Shown piece by piece: positions 45,785 to 56,214 of a stretch of 64,000 nt of DNA. Source of the DNA: an uncultured virus (IMG/VR IMGVR_UViG_3300012347_000477) (Duplodnaviria > Heunggongvirae > Uroviricota > Caudoviricetes); the IMG/VR virus record IMGVR_UViG_3300012347_000477, positions 1 through 64,000 of that record; one strand, 5' to 3'. The notes beneath the pieces are model-generated. The model did no database searches, was not told where the DNA came from, and saw nothing but the letters and a program-made list of their open reading frames with translations. Within the stretch, counting starts at the first letter, position 1. Every line of letters starts with the position of its first letter. The position numbers were made by a program, and so were the translations under genes.

Positions 45785-46506
45785 ATTGCTAAAATCTCCT
45801 TAACAGCTTCGTGACGCTCGATATCGCCGATACCAAATTGACATACATCAACATATTGGCGATTTTTAAAATCTTTATATAGGGTTAAGAACTCAAGTAA
45901 CCCATTTTCTGTAGGGCGATCTGCTTGCTGCAAGTCGCCTGTAACAACCATCTTACTTCCTACGCCCAGGCGAGTTAAAAGCATTTTCATTTGACTAGGT
46001 GTAGTATTTTGCATCTCGTCAGCAATAATAACTGCATTCTTGAAAGTTCGGCCGCGCATATATGCGAGTGGGCTAGTTTCAATTATACCTTCGTAAACCA
46101 TAGTTTCGATTTCTGCTGCAGAATAGTTCTCTGCAAATACATCAAAAATAGGCCGAGTCCACGGTGCCATTTTTTCATTTAAGTCGCCCGGCAAAAATCC
46201 ATGCTCTTCATCTACTGACACTGCTGGTCTAGTTACTATAATCTTTGTAGCTTCTCCGAATTTTAATTGATCAATTGCCCATTGCACTGCTAGCATAGTT
46301 TTACCCGTGCCTGCAGGCCCAGTTGCAAAAATAATCATTTTTGTGGGGTCGTTTAATTTTAAAAGATAGTTTTCCTGGTTTAAATTTTTAGGATAGATTT
46401 GAACACGTGGACGCTTTGTAAATTTGCGTTCTGCGGATTTGGCAACTTGAGACTCTTGTTGGTGAGACTTAGTTGATCTAGTTACTGCTGGTCGTTTACT
46501 CTTCAT
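45769..46506 (-). CDS. phoH: PhoH-like ATPase
   Basis: GPAGTGKT, TRPAV, GFLPG, YMRGRTF, DEMQN, GDLQQAD. Confidence 0.95.
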   Translation of the reverse strand: MKSKRPAVTRSTKSHQQESQVAKSAERKFTKRPRVQIYPKNLNQENYLLKLNDPTKMIIFATGPAGTGKTMLAVQWAIDQLKFGEATKIIVTRPAVSVDEEHGFLPGDLNEKMAPWTRPIFDVFAENYSAAEIETMVYEGIIETSPLAYMRGRTFKNAVIIADEMQNTTPSQMKMLLTRLGVGSKMVVTGDLQQADRPTENGLLEFLTLYKDFKNRQYVDVCQFGIGDIERHEAVKEILAIYKES

Positions 46507-46651
46507 ATAAGGTTAGCACTCCTTTTGATGTGTTAGGCACGGACCGTTAAATCAATGTGTCCGTGTTCGAACACAAACTTATTTAACCTCAAATGCAAAA
46601 AGGTACAGTATATGTTTGGCTTTTGACTGATAAATACAATTGAGGACAATT

Positions 46652-47182
46652 ATGGCTGATTTAAAAGACATTATCAAAAATATAGAAACCGTATACGGTT
46701 CTAACAACAGTTTAAACATCTTAAAAGATTTTGAACGAGTTATCGACGAATTAGATGTGTATGTGTACGACAATTGGATTGATGGAGAGCTTGTTAGCGG
46801 TCCAATCGAGAGTCGATACTGGGTACAATGTACGTTTATGTGGCCAAAAGCCAACATGCCCGAACCGTTAGGAGGAGAACGACTAACTGACTACGGTTGT
46901 AAAGTACAGTATGCCGAATCTCAATTATCTAAAATTCGAAAGATTAACTCACCCGACGACATTCGTCCCGGAACAAGAAAGGGTAAAATTGACTATGAAG
47001 ATGTATGGAAAGTTAAGATTACTATGCCTAAAAAACTAATGAGTGATGTTAATCGCGGTTATAGAAATTTAGACAAAAATAAATTAGACGATATACTACT
47101 ACAAAATAGTGCTGTAAATTCGACAAATGACGGCATGGATGAACAAGTTACAGGGGGCAATAATGGATTATCCGAAATCTAA
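46652..47182 (+). CDS. hypothetical protein
   Basis: TAAATA upstream; DFERV.DELD.Y...NW..GE. Confidence 0.75.
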   Translation: MADLKDIIKNIETVYGSNNSLNILKDFERVIDELDVYVYDNWIDGELVSGPIESRYWVQCTFMWPKANMPEPLGGERLTDYGCKVQYAESQLSKIRKINSPDDIRPGTRKGKIDYEDVWKVKITMPKKLMSDVNRGYRNLDKNKLDDILLQNSAVNSTNDGMDEQVTGGNNGLSEI

Positions 47183-47918
47183 TTATTTATTTGAAGGACT
47201 TCGAGCATTCGATTTAGAAAATTTAGTAGCTCCAATATTTGAAGTAGATACGTATCGAAGTAAAATGGGGGAAGATCAGGATGTATGTGTATTAACATTT
47301 AAAGTAACTGATCGTGGCCCTGCAAGAGACTTAATGGAGTTTGTAGAAAAAGGGTACGACTTCGTTTTAGACTCGGATGTAAGCGCGGGGGAAAACAATA
47401 ACGGAGAATATTTTGTATTTGTTGAAATCGAAAGAACTCCTAAGTTAGCTGGGCAAATCAAAGACATTGCTTACGGAGTTAAACGATTAACCGGTATTGA
47501 CGATTGGAATTTTAGATATTATAAAAGTTCTGATAACCATGAACTTACACAGGAGTCCCTTACTAAAATTATCCCAAAAGACTCAGCTGGGTACAAAGAA
47601 ATGCTAAACAAAGTAAGAACTGAAGATGTAAAGCATTTTTTCAATAAAACACTAATGGACGATCTTAAGATTGACGGTGATACTATTACTATTTACAAGC
47701 CGTATAATCAAACAATTAAACTAAAAATGGTTAAAGAAGGTGCACCGGAAAGTATTTTAGAGGATAGCACCGAATCTCTATCACTGGATAATCTTGCGAT
47801 GGGCGAAATATTTTGGTTAACTAAAGTAGTTGGAGATTATAATATCAATAAAATTGGAGATAGTTTCGTCTTTGAAAATGGTGGGAAAGCTATGTTACTG
47901 CAGAGGCTAGATCGATGA
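47163..47918 (+). CDS. hypothetical protein (late)
   Basis: LFEGL..D.Y.SKMG.D..FVEKGY.FVLD.DVS. Confidence 0.75.
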   Translation: MDYPKSNYLFEGLRAFDLENLVAPIFEVDTYRSKMGEDQDVCVLTFKVTDRGPARDLMEFVEKGYDFVLDSDVSAGENNNGEYFVFVEIERTPKLAGQIKDIAYGVKRLTGIDDWNFRYYKSSDNHELTQESLTKIIPKDSAGYKEMLNKVRTEDVKHFFNKTLMDDLKIDGDTITIYKPYNQTIKLKMVKEGAPESILEDSTESLSLDNLAMGEIFWLTKVVGDYNINKIGDSFVFENGGKAMLLQRLDR

Positions 47919-48541
47919 GCTTCGATTTTACTTTTGAAAAACGCCATTTAAGAGCAATGATTGGTAACAATCCTTATCTAGATTATTGGCATAATACAAT
48001 TTGCAAAATATTGCCCGAATACGAGATTAATACCAAATATCGTGTTGCTGGGTTTATTGCACAGTGCTCGCATGAAAGTACAAATTTTACCGCTCTTCGT
48101 GAAAATTTAAACTATCGAGCAGTTAGCTTAAGAAATACATTTGGAAAATACTTCACTTCTGATGAAATGGCTAAACAATTTGCAAATAAACCAGAAAAAA
48201 TTGCAAACAAAGTATACGCAGATAGAATGGGCAACGGTGACGAAGCTAGTGGTGACGGATATCGATATTTAGGTCGTGGATTAATACAGTTAACTGGCAA
48301 AAATACTTATATGCTATTTGCCGCATCAATTAATGTTCCTGTAGAAGAAGTGCCTGACTATTTAGGAACATTCGAAGGAGCAGTACAAAGTGCATGCTGG
48401 TTTTGGGAACAGAATAATTTAAATGCAGTTGCTGATAAGCAAGATATCGTTAAAATGACTAAAATTATTAATGGCGGTACACACGGGCTAGATGATCGAA
48501 TTTTGAGATATAAAAATGCACTCAAAATATTAGGAGCATAA
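47915..48541 (+). CDS. GH19 (chitinase-like) endolysin
   Basis: FIAQCSHES..ENLNY..GRGLIQLTG..SACWFW..INGG..G. Confidence 0.92.
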   Translation: MSFDFTFEKRHLRAMIGNNPYLDYWHNTICKILPEYEINTKYRVAGFIAQCSHESTNFTALRENLNYRAVSLRNTFGKYFTSDEMAKQFANKPEKIANKVYADRMGNGDEASGDGYRYLGRGLIQLTGKNTYMLFAASINVPVEEVPDYLGTFEGAVQSACWFWEQNNLNAVADKQDIVKMTKIINGGTHGLDDRILRYKNALKILGA

Positions 48542-48542
48542 C

Positions 48543-48995
48543 ATGTGGATATTAAGTTTTTTGCCGGCTAGTTTTTTACTAGAAATAATTAATACTATGT
48601 TTGGTATAGGGTTGATCGGAACTATTATTTTTTTAATGTTCGGCAGCAAAATTTCATTAAATTGGTCTAGTGCATGGTTGGCAGTTTTTATAGGGTTGTT
48701 AGCAAGCAGTGTTTACCTTAAAGGCGGTTACTCTTCTGAACTAGCATGGCGTGAAAAAGTTAATACTTTATCAGCACAGATTAAAGAGGCCGAAGCAAAG
48801 AGTGAGGCAGCTACAGTGATTATTGAAGAAAAAGTAGTTTCGCAGATTAAAGAAGTAAAAATAAAAGGCGATAAAATTGTCAAATATGTTGATCGAGAAG
48901 TTGTAAAATATGATCACTCGTGCGTAATTCCTAAAGAAGTTGTAAACGCCCATAATGCTGCGGCACTAAATGTTCCAGTGGAGGAGTTAAAATGA
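48543..48995 (+). CDS. putative i-spanin (Rz-like)
   Basis: TM helices, coiled coil and C-terminal Cys, directly after the endolysin. Confidence 0.65.
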   Translation: MWILSFLPASFLLEIINTMFGIGLIGTIIFLMFGSKISLNWSSAWLAVFIGLLASSVYLKGGYSSELAWREKVNTLSAQIKEAEAKSEAATVIIEEKVVSQIKEVKIKGDKIVKYVDREVVKYDHSCVIPKEVVNAHNAAALNVPVEELK

Positions 48996-49264
48996 ATAAA
49001 ATTATTTCTATATTAGTAATATTGATGCTTACTGGATGTGCAGGACTGCCAGTTACTAAAAAGTTTCCATCGGCCCCTGCTACTTTATTAGTTGATTGTG
49101 CAAAGTTATCAACAGTACCAGCAGATACTACATCACTTAGTGTAGTCACTAAAACAGTTGTGAAAAACTACACATTAGCAAATGAGTGTGCCTCAAAACA
49201 TCAAGCATGGATTGAATGGTATAATACTCAAAAGAAACTTGACAAAATACGAGGGTATAAATGA
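48992..49264 (+). CDS. putative o-spanin lipoprotein (Rz1-like)
   Basis: LTGC lipobox; FP..P..L...C; NY....C. Confidence 0.7.
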   Translation: MNKIISILVILMLTGCAGLPVTKKFPSAPATLLVDCAKLSTVPADTTSLSVVTKTVVKNYTLANECASKHQAWIEWYNTQKKLDKIRGYK

Positions 49265-49635
49265 ATAACGAAACATGGCTCAATAAAAAATGGCGACCTG
49301 CAATGGCGTGGATTTACATGGCTACTTGTGTTACAGACTTCATTTTATTTCCGGTATTATGGGCAATATTTCAATCATATACAGGGACTGTCGTTGAGCC
49401 TTGGGAACCCCTTACACTAAAGGGTGCAGGATTATTTCATCTGTCAATGGGTGCAATTTTAGGAGTTACTGCCTGGAGTCGAGGGCAAGAAAAAATTTCC
49501 GGAGTTATTGATCGGTTTGGCAATTATGAAATGCAGACCAAATATACTTCTGCTGAAACAATAACTCCGTCGGATAATATCAAGCTATCACCTGATGTGA
49601 TTCGACCAATACTTCCTCCGGAGCCCGAATTATGA
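49261..49635 (+). CDS. putative holin
   Basis: KWRPAMAW; two hydrophobic segments; within the lysis cluster. Confidence 0.55.
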   Translation: MNNETWLNKKWRPAMAWIYMATCVTDFILFPVLWAIFQSYTGTVVEPWEPLTLKGAGLFHLSMGAILGVTAWSRGQEKISGVIDRFGNYEMQTKYTSAETITPSDNIKLSPDVIRPILPPEPEL

Positions 49636-50012
49636 AATTTTTAATTATTGTATTTTCGCTATTTCTATGTATCTCTTGTAGAGAAAACGTAGCGGCGTCG
49701 CCAAATACTGCATTATCGGCTGCATCAGATCAAACTAAATGTGTTCCTGCTTCTGATAATTGCACAACTAACAGTACATTACAGCCTGCTCAACCATCAT
49801 CGGCAGTATTGCCGTTAACTAGTAGTAGTGCTCCAGTAATTAAAAATACAGCATCGTCACCGGTATCGTCAACAGCATCGTCGACAGCATCTCCTGTGTA
49901 TAAAAGAGTATGTTTAACAAATGTTGATAAAAATGGAAATAAAAGCACACGATGTACGCTAGTAAGAATCCATCAAAAGTATAACGGCACACAAGTACCA
50001 GTCAAGAAATAG
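49632..50012 (+). CDS. secreted protein or lipoprotein, Ser/Ala/Pro-rich
   Basis: Signal peptide ending CISC; low-complexity linker. Confidence 0.6.
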   Translation: MKFLIIVFSLFLCISCRENVAASPNTALSAASDQTKCVPASDNCTTNSTLQPAQPSSAVLPLTSSSAPVIKNTASSPVSSTASSTASPVYKRVCLTNVDKNGNKSTRCTLVRIHQKYNGTQVPVKK

Positions 50013-50035
50013 TAAGACCCGGCTAGCATCAATTA

Positions 50036-50083
50036 AATAATAGGACTGTGTTTGTTGACACAGTCCTATTATTCTATTATAAT
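50036..50083 (+). promoter_or_regulatory. 16-bp inverted repeat overlapping a sigma70 promoter
   Basis: AATAATAGGACTGTGT/ACACAGTCCTATTATT; TTGACA 50055, TATAAT 50078. Confidence 0.75.
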
Positions 50084-50108
50084 AGTAATTTAACTTTAGG
50101 AATTAAAT

Positions 50109-50936
50109 GTGGATTATTACTCAGTGTTAGGAATCAGTCGAGGCGCCTCGGCTGAAGAAATCAAAAAAGCATACAGACAAATGGCAATGAAGCATCACCC
50201 AGATCGCGGAGGAGATGAAAAAAAGTTTAAAGAAATTTCAGCGGCATATGAAATGTTAAGCGATCCGCAGAAGAAACACATGATTGACTCTGGAGTCGAT
50301 CCATTAAATCCCGGCAATAGCAACAATCCATTTGAGTATTCGTTTAATACAAATGACATTAATGACATTTTTGAATCGTTTGGATTTGGATTTGGACGTC
50401 GTCCGCAACGCCCTCAAAATAAATCATTTAGTATACATGCTACTCTTACCTTAGAAGAAGTACTTACTGGTAAAGAAATTAGTGCAAGTGTTGGCCTTCC
50501 AGGCAAAGAAGCTCGATTAGTAAACATTAATATCCCTGCAGGAGTCGAACACGGCCAACAAATTAGATACGGTGGTATGGGCGATTCAAGCATCAGTGAT
50601 GCACCGCCGGGGGACTTAATTGTAGTAATTTCAATTGTTAAACACAACCGGTATAAACGAGAAGGCGATCACTTGGTATATGAGCATACTATATCAGCAT
50701 GGGATGCAATGTTAGGGACTTCTTTACGATTAACAACATTAAACAATAAAGAAATCGACATTAAAATTCCAGCAGGAACACAGCCGTCGACTATTTTAAA
50801 TTGTAATTCGGAAGGATTGCCGAATGTGAGGTCGAATCATCGCGGGAATCTTTACATTAGAATCACTGTTGAAATTCCGAAAAATCTTAGCGACGAACAA
50901 AAAGCAGCAATTATTAATATTAACGGCATTAGATAA
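50109..50936 (+). CDS. dnaJ: DnaJ/CbpA-type chaperone (no Zn finger)
   Basis: DYYSVLG..KKAYR..HPD; C-terminal IPAG, GDL, GEG-like motifs. Confidence 0.92.
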   Translation: MDYYSVLGISRGASAEEIKKAYRQMAMKHHPDRGGDEKKFKEISAAYEMLSDPQKKHMIDSGVDPLNPGNSNNPFEYSFNTNDINDIFESFGFGFGRRPQRPQNKSFSIHATLTLEEVLTGKEISASVGLPGKEARLVNINIPAGVEHGQQIRYGGMGDSSISDAPPGDLIVVISIVKHNRYKREGDHLVYEHTISAWDAMLGTSLRLTTLNNKEIDIKIPAGTQPSTILNCNSEGLPNVRSNHRGNLYIRITVEIPKNLSDEQKAAIININGIR

Positions 50937-50937
50937 T

Positions 50938-50966
50938 TTGACATTATTTATTATTAATGTTATAAT
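50938..50966 (+). promoter_or_regulatory. sigma70-type promoter
   Basis: TTGACA-17bp-TATAAT with TG extension. Confidence 0.8.
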
Positions 50967-50994
50967 TAATTACAGTTAACAAAAGGAAATATAC

Positions 50995-53342
50995 ATGATC
51001 GAACCAAGTCAATCTTTGCAAGCTATTTTTGAAAATGCTATCAATTACGCAAAATCGTTAAAACACGAGTACGTGACTGTTGAACATATCGTTCATAGCA
51101 TTATGTGCGACGAAACTTCATACAAATTATTAGAAGCAAGTGGTGCCGATGCAAAGTTCATTAAGACCAACATCGAAAGCTATGTTAAGCACAATTTATC
51201 AGAGATTGAAACTCAATTAGACATTAAGCCAAGAAAAACTAATTCAGTTGATCGAGTGCTAAATCGATGTTTTAGTCAAGTATTGTTTAGCGGTCGACAA
51301 AAAATCGAAGTAGTTGATATTATCATTAGTATCCTTAGTGAAAAAAATAGTTTCAGTTACTACTATCTTACTAAGGGCGGTGTAGCAAAAGAAAAGTTTG
51401 TAAAATATGTAAACGAGTCGATCGCAGCTGAAGACGAAGCAGCCGAATCTGCTACGCCATCGGCATCACAACTTGACAAAATTATTAACACATATTGCAC
51501 AAATTTAAGTGCCGATGCTAAACTTAAAAAAATCGATCCAGTAATTGGAAGAGATACAGAACTTGAAAATATTCAACTAGTGTTAGCACGCCGAAGTAAG
51601 TGCAATGTGCTAATGGTTGGAGATCCAGGTGTGGGTAAAACTGCAATTGCCGAAGGTTTAGCTCGTAAAATTCAAGAGAAAAAAGTACCAAAGTTTATTG
51701 AAGACCACGAAGTGTACGCATTAGATATTGGATCTCTAGTTGCTGGTTCAAAGTACCGAGGCGACTTTGAAGAACGGGTCAAGTCAGTTTTTAAGGCGTT
51801 AGAGAAAAAGGGCAAGATTATTTTGTTTATTGACGAAGCTCACATGATGCAAGGTGCAGGCTCATCTAGTCAAAATAGTAACGACTTGTCTAATATTTTA
51901 AAACCCGTGTTAACAAAGGGTGTAATTAAATTAATTGCCTCTACCACATGGGAAGAATATCGTTCAAACTTTGAGAATGATCGTGCATTAATGCGTCGAT
52001 TCCAACGTGTTACTATTGACGAGCCAACTCCAGAATTATCTGTAAAAATTCTCAAAGGAGTTAAAAAGTATTACGAAAAACATCACGCTGTTAAAATTAC
52101 CGATGCAGCAATTGAGCAAGCTGTTAAGTTGTCAGTAAAATACATGAATGATAAAAAATTACCAGATAAGGCAATTGATATTATCGACTGTGCATGTGCT
52201 CGATTTAAATTAAAAGACGACGACGGTACTGATAATATTGTAGATGTCGAACAAGTTGCATTCGAACTTGCAAAAATGACTAACATGCCAGTAGAAACTG
52301 TTTCTCAGAAAGAAAGTTCAAATTTGGCAAAGTTAGAAACAGCTATGAAAGCTGCAGTATACGGACAAGACACTGCACANNNNNNNNNNACACTGCACTA
52401 GATAACTTATTAGACAAAATTTTTGTAGCACAAGCTGGAATGAAATCAACTAATAAGCCAATTGGTGCATTTTTATTCTTAGGCCCAACCGGTACAGGTA
52501 AGACTGAAACTGCTCGTCAATTATCAGCTAAAATGAATATTCCTTTATTGCGATTTGACATGAGTGAGTATCAAGAAAAGCACAGTGTTGCTCGATTAAT
52601 CGGAGCACCTCCGGGCTATGTAGGTTACGATAATAATGCAGGTCAGTTAATTACAAAACTGCAAGAAACTCCAAATTGTATTTTGTTGTTAGACGAAATT
52701 GAAAAAGCGCATCCAGATATTACTAATATCTTGCTACAATTTATGGATAACGGATCTGTAACTGGATCAAACGGTAAAGTTGCCGATGGTAGAAATTGCA
52801 TTTTAATCATGACTTCAAACTTAGGTGCTCGAGATAACGAAGGCAATACCATTGGTTTTGGCGATTTATCTAAAACAGGCGAAGACGATAAAGCAGTAAC
52901 ACAATTTTTTGCTCCCGAGTTTCGAAATAGATTAGATGCCATTGTTAAATTTGCAGGCCTTACACCGGCAATTGTAACTGAAATTGTTAAAAAATTCGTT
53001 AAAGAACTTAACGAGCAGTTGAAAGATAAGTCAATTGAGCTAATCCTTGACCATTCTGCAATTACATGGTTAGCAGAAAGAGGTTATGATCGTAAAATGG
53101 GTGCCAGACCTCTTTCAAGATTAATTGATACAAAAATTAAAAGCCCGTTAAGTCGCAGAGTATTATTTGGCGACTTAGTAGGAGGCGGACGAGTCAATGT
53201 ATCTATAGTTAACGACGACTTGGAATTTAATGTAACAGAAATTCCAAGGCAGCTAACAAAACAAGAAAAAAAGGCGTTAAGAGATGCAAAAGCAGAAAAA
53301 TCAAGAGCTAGCGATACAGCAGACCAGCAAGCTATTTTATAA
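50995..53342 (+). CDS. clpA: ClpA-like Clp ATPase (single gene split by an assembly gap)
   Basis: HEYVTVEH, DPVIGR, GDPGVGKT, GPTGTGKT, DMSEY, GAPPGYVG; gap flanks overlap (ACACTGCAC) and join in frame. Confidence 0.9.
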
Positions 53343-53934
53343 AAAATGGCTTTATAAAATTGAATTGTCTGTTACTGCGTGGTTTATTTTTAAAAGACAC
53401 CACGCGGTGCAGTTAATTTTATCTGGAACAGCACATGAAAATTGCTTAGATACTTGTAATTTGGCACTTGCAAATACGTTATCGGGGTTATCACCAGACG
53501 AATACTATTATCGGGCCTACTCTGGAAAAGTATTTCTATTTTTAAATTGTAGTGTTATGTTTGAAAAACTGCTGTCTAAATTTAAAAACATTGTAATTAA
53601 TGCGTATTCACCGGGCAGCAGTGCAGAACTCTTGCAAGATACTCGTAAGGTATTAGTTGTAAAATCATTACCGTATAACACATATACTTATAGAATACAA
53701 CTAAAATTTACAAAAACACCAGATGATATTAAAAGAAATTTTATAGATTGGGTTAACTCACAGTCATCACTTGTTAAACTTGCAAATAGTGCAAAACGGA
53801 CTATCTTATGTAGAAAGTACCATACTAGTGCATATACGATGTATACTAGTTCTGAGCACTTAATAACATTAATGCAAATTAAATATGGAAATATAATATC
53901 CGAGGTATACACATACGCTCTTGTTGATAAATAA
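53284..53934 (+). CDS. hypothetical protein
   Basis: KLFYKKWLYKI start; 216 aa. Confidence 0.65.
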   Translation: MQKQKNQELAIQQTSKLFYKKWLYKIELSVTAWFIFKRHHAVQLILSGTAHENCLDTCNLALANTLSGLSPDEYYYRAYSGKVFLFLNCSVMFEKLLSKFKNIVINAYSPGSSAELLQDTRKVLVVKSLPYNTYTYRIQLKFTKTPDDIKRNFIDWVNSQSSLVKLANSAKRTILCRKYHTSAYTMYTSSEHLITLMQIKYGNIISEVYTYALVDK

Positions 53935-53937
53935 TAG

Positions 53938-54303
53938 ATGTCCATAGAAAGCACTATTATTTTAAATTCAGTCGGCGATCAGTCGACTGAATTCACAGCC
54001 TTCACCTTTACTTCAAAATTTAAAGGTGCGGGCTATCATCGTTTGCATAGTGGAGTACACACTATGCAATTTGACTTAGATCAATTCGAAGGTCAAATTA
54101 AAGTACAAGCTACTTTATTGCTGTATCCGGGAGAAACAGATTGGATTGATGTTGAATACCAATCAGGATCGCAAATTGAAGCAACCGACAGCACTCCGTT
54201 AACTTCGTCATTTTTTAGAACTATCCTCGGTAATTGGGTGTGGATTAGAGTGGGATATATCCTAGAACAAGGATCTATTACACAAGTTAGGTATACTGTC
54301 TAA
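53938..54303 (+). CDS. hypothetical late protein
   Basis: TAAATA upstream; KGAGY..G.HT..F.G.I..QATL..GNWVWIR. Confidence 0.7.
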   Translation: MSIESTIILNSVGDQSTEFTAFTFTSKFKGAGYHRLHSGVHTMQFDLDQFEGQIKVQATLLLYPGETDWIDVEYQSGSQIEATDSTPLTSSFFRTILGNWVWIRVGYILEQGSITQVRYTV

Positions 54304-54334
54304 TTAACATTTTGATAAATATAGTATACTTTAA

Positions 54335-54823
54335 ATGGAACATACTATGACCTTAAACCCTGACATTTATACAATTGGCGATATCTTTAGTATAAGCTTG
54401 AATGAAGATTTCGAAATTAATACAACTATCATTGATATTGTTGATGATGGAATAGTAATTGCGCTCGACGGTCCAGCAATGTCGTATTTAATCAGTGAAA
54501 GTTGGTCGTTTACTCCTTGCACGCATATTGTCGAGTCAAGTAACAGTCGAAAAGGGTATACTTCTAGCAGTGTGCAACTCGACGAAGCCATGTACAAAGG
54601 GCGCAAAGTGCAGCTCGGAAAACCAATGGCAGGCGATGTTAAAAAGTCTAAGGTATATGTTAAGAACGACAAAGGCAATGTCGTAAAGGTAAATTTCGGC
54701 GATAAAAAAATGCGCATTAAGAAGTCAATTCCTGCTCGAAGAAAATCATTCCGAGCAAGACATAATTGCGCAAATCCTGGACCTAGATGGAAAGCCCGAT
54801 ATTGGTCATGCCGAGCTTGGTAA
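54335..54823 (+). CDS. conserved phage protein, probable head-internal
   Basis: LDEA.YKGRKV.LGKP..RRKSFRARHNC..ARYWSC. Confidence 0.75.
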   Translation: MEHTMTLNPDIYTIGDIFSISLNEDFEINTTIIDIVDDGIVIALDGPAMSYLISESWSFTPCTHIVESSNSRKGYTSSSVQLDEAMYKGRKVQLGKPMAGDVKKSKVYVKNDKGNVVKVNFGDKKMRIKKSIPARRKSFRARHNCANPGPRWKARYWSCRAW

Positions 54824-54829
54824 AATAAT

Positions 54830-55420
54830 ATGAATAGTACACAACCACTTGCATCATTTAGCGTTCTAGGATCAGCTAGAGAAGAAGATCAAAACATCGA
54901 TTGGGGTGATGATTTAAAATTTTTCATCGATAATACTGACGCATTACTGCATCGATTTGTCTTTCCGGCAACTCGCAAACATAAAGAGCGATTAGACGAC
55001 GAAGATGCTTATAAAATTTACATCCGACCTGTTACACGCAGTATTTCGATTTACTGCGGACGATTTGACATCGACGATCCGGAAATTAAGTTTCCTCCTG
55101 AAGTTATCGAAGGAGTAGCTAGAAGAATTGCAGATGAACAAAAAGCATATATAGAAAGAGGCGATTACGAAAGTAAAAGAAAATTAGCTACTTTTGAAAG
55201 TATGAGCGAATCTATTGTTAACTTAGTATTGAAAGAAGACACACAAATGGGAAATACCACATTAGGTAGTGCAAAGCCACGAAATTTTGTAGCAAAAAAT
55301 GCAAAAATGAGTGGAGCTGGAGCACATACTGATAAGAAAAAAGCACAAAAGCAAGGTAACTTAAAACATAAGAAACCAGTAGTTGAATCATACTTTTCAT
55401 TTATGAAGTACAAAGCATGA
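54830..55420 (+). CDS. hypothetical late protein
   Basis: KPRNFVAKNA..GAGAH.DKK basic tail. Confidence 0.7.
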   Translation: MNSTQPLASFSVLGSAREEDQNIDWGDDLKFFIDNTDALLHRFVFPATRKHKERLDDEDAYKIYIRPVTRSISIYCGRFDIDDPEIKFPPEVIEGVARRIADEQKAYIERGDYESKRKLATFESMSESIVNLVLKEDTQMGNTTLGSAKPRNFVAKNAKMSGAGAHTDKKKAQKQGNLKHKKPVVESYFSFMKYKA

Positions 55421-55632
55421 AGCAATTTTATATTACTAGTGAAAACATTTCAGCAATTACTGCAGACCCTACTGATTGTTACTTATCGCCAACTGACCCA
55501 GTTCACGAATTAAAAATTGCACAATACATGGGCGGACTAGGTAGTACTGCAAAGCTTGAAGAGTATCGAATAAAAACTACCATTGATACGATTAAACGGA
55601 TTCAGCATTCTACAAAATTGGATAATAAATAA
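55417..55632 (+). CDS. hypothetical protein
   Basis: MKQF.IT..DCYL...DPVHELK. Confidence 0.65.
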   Translation: MKQFYITSENISAITADPTDCYLSPTDPVHELKIAQYMGGLGSTAKLEEYRIKTTIDTIKRIQHSTKLDNK

Positions 55633-55636
55633 TACT

Positions 55637-55897
55637 ATGAAACTTAGAGAATTATTTAGCGAAGATGCAACAGCTGGATCAACATCTGCAGGAGCAATTG
55701 CATCAGTTGTCAATCCAAACATTGCTATCGGAAACGACAGGCGGAATAAAAGCTATACAGGTAGTCCTGGTAAATCGGGCACTAAAGCACCGAAAGTACC
55801 AACTGTAACTCAACCAAAAAACAAAAACGGAACTGCTAAAAACGCATTAGACATAAAAGGTACTAGTCTGTTTGGTGGTTCTACTTTAAAAAGATAA
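55637..55897 (+). CDS. probable internal head protein
   Basis: MKLRELFSE-DATAGSTSAG.IA; TAAATA upstream. Confidence 0.65.
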   Translation: MKLRELFSEDATAGSTSAGAIASVVNPNIAIGNDRRNKSYTGSPGKSGTKAPKVPTVTQPKNKNGTAKNALDIKGTSLFGGSTLKR

Positions 55898-55904
55898 ATA
55901 TATC

Positions 55905-56213
55905 ATGGACTTAATGAAACCCCCAGTAGATGATCATGAAGCAAAGATGGCAAAGGCTGATTTATACAAATTAGCCGAATATTCTATTAAGCTTTTTAAA
56001 ATGATTGAAGATGACGACGAACTGCAAGGTTGGGTACAAGCAAAAATTACTAAGGCTTCCGACTATATTTCGAGTGTGTATCATTATTTAGAATACGAGC
56101 AGCTTGCTAGTACTAAAATTGAAAGTGGGCCGCGTACATACGAAGAACAGGTTCAATCTAATGTATCAGCTGCTCTTACCGAGCAATGGAACCAACAAAA
56201 ACAAGGAAACTAA
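55905..56213 (+). CDS. hypothetical late protein
   Basis: DHEA.MAKADL..WVQAKITKA.DYI.SV.HYLEY. Confidence 0.7.
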   Translation: MDLMKPPVDDHEAKMAKADLYKLAEYSIKLFKMIEDDDELQGWVQAKITKASDYISSVYHYLEYEQLASTKIESGPRTYEEQVQSNVSAALTEQWNQQKQGN

Positions 56214-56214
56214 C

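Noticed and set aside
52380..52389. Apparent frameshift or split of clpA
   Set aside because: N-gap with a duplicated flank (ACACTGCAC); collapsing it restores one reading frame.
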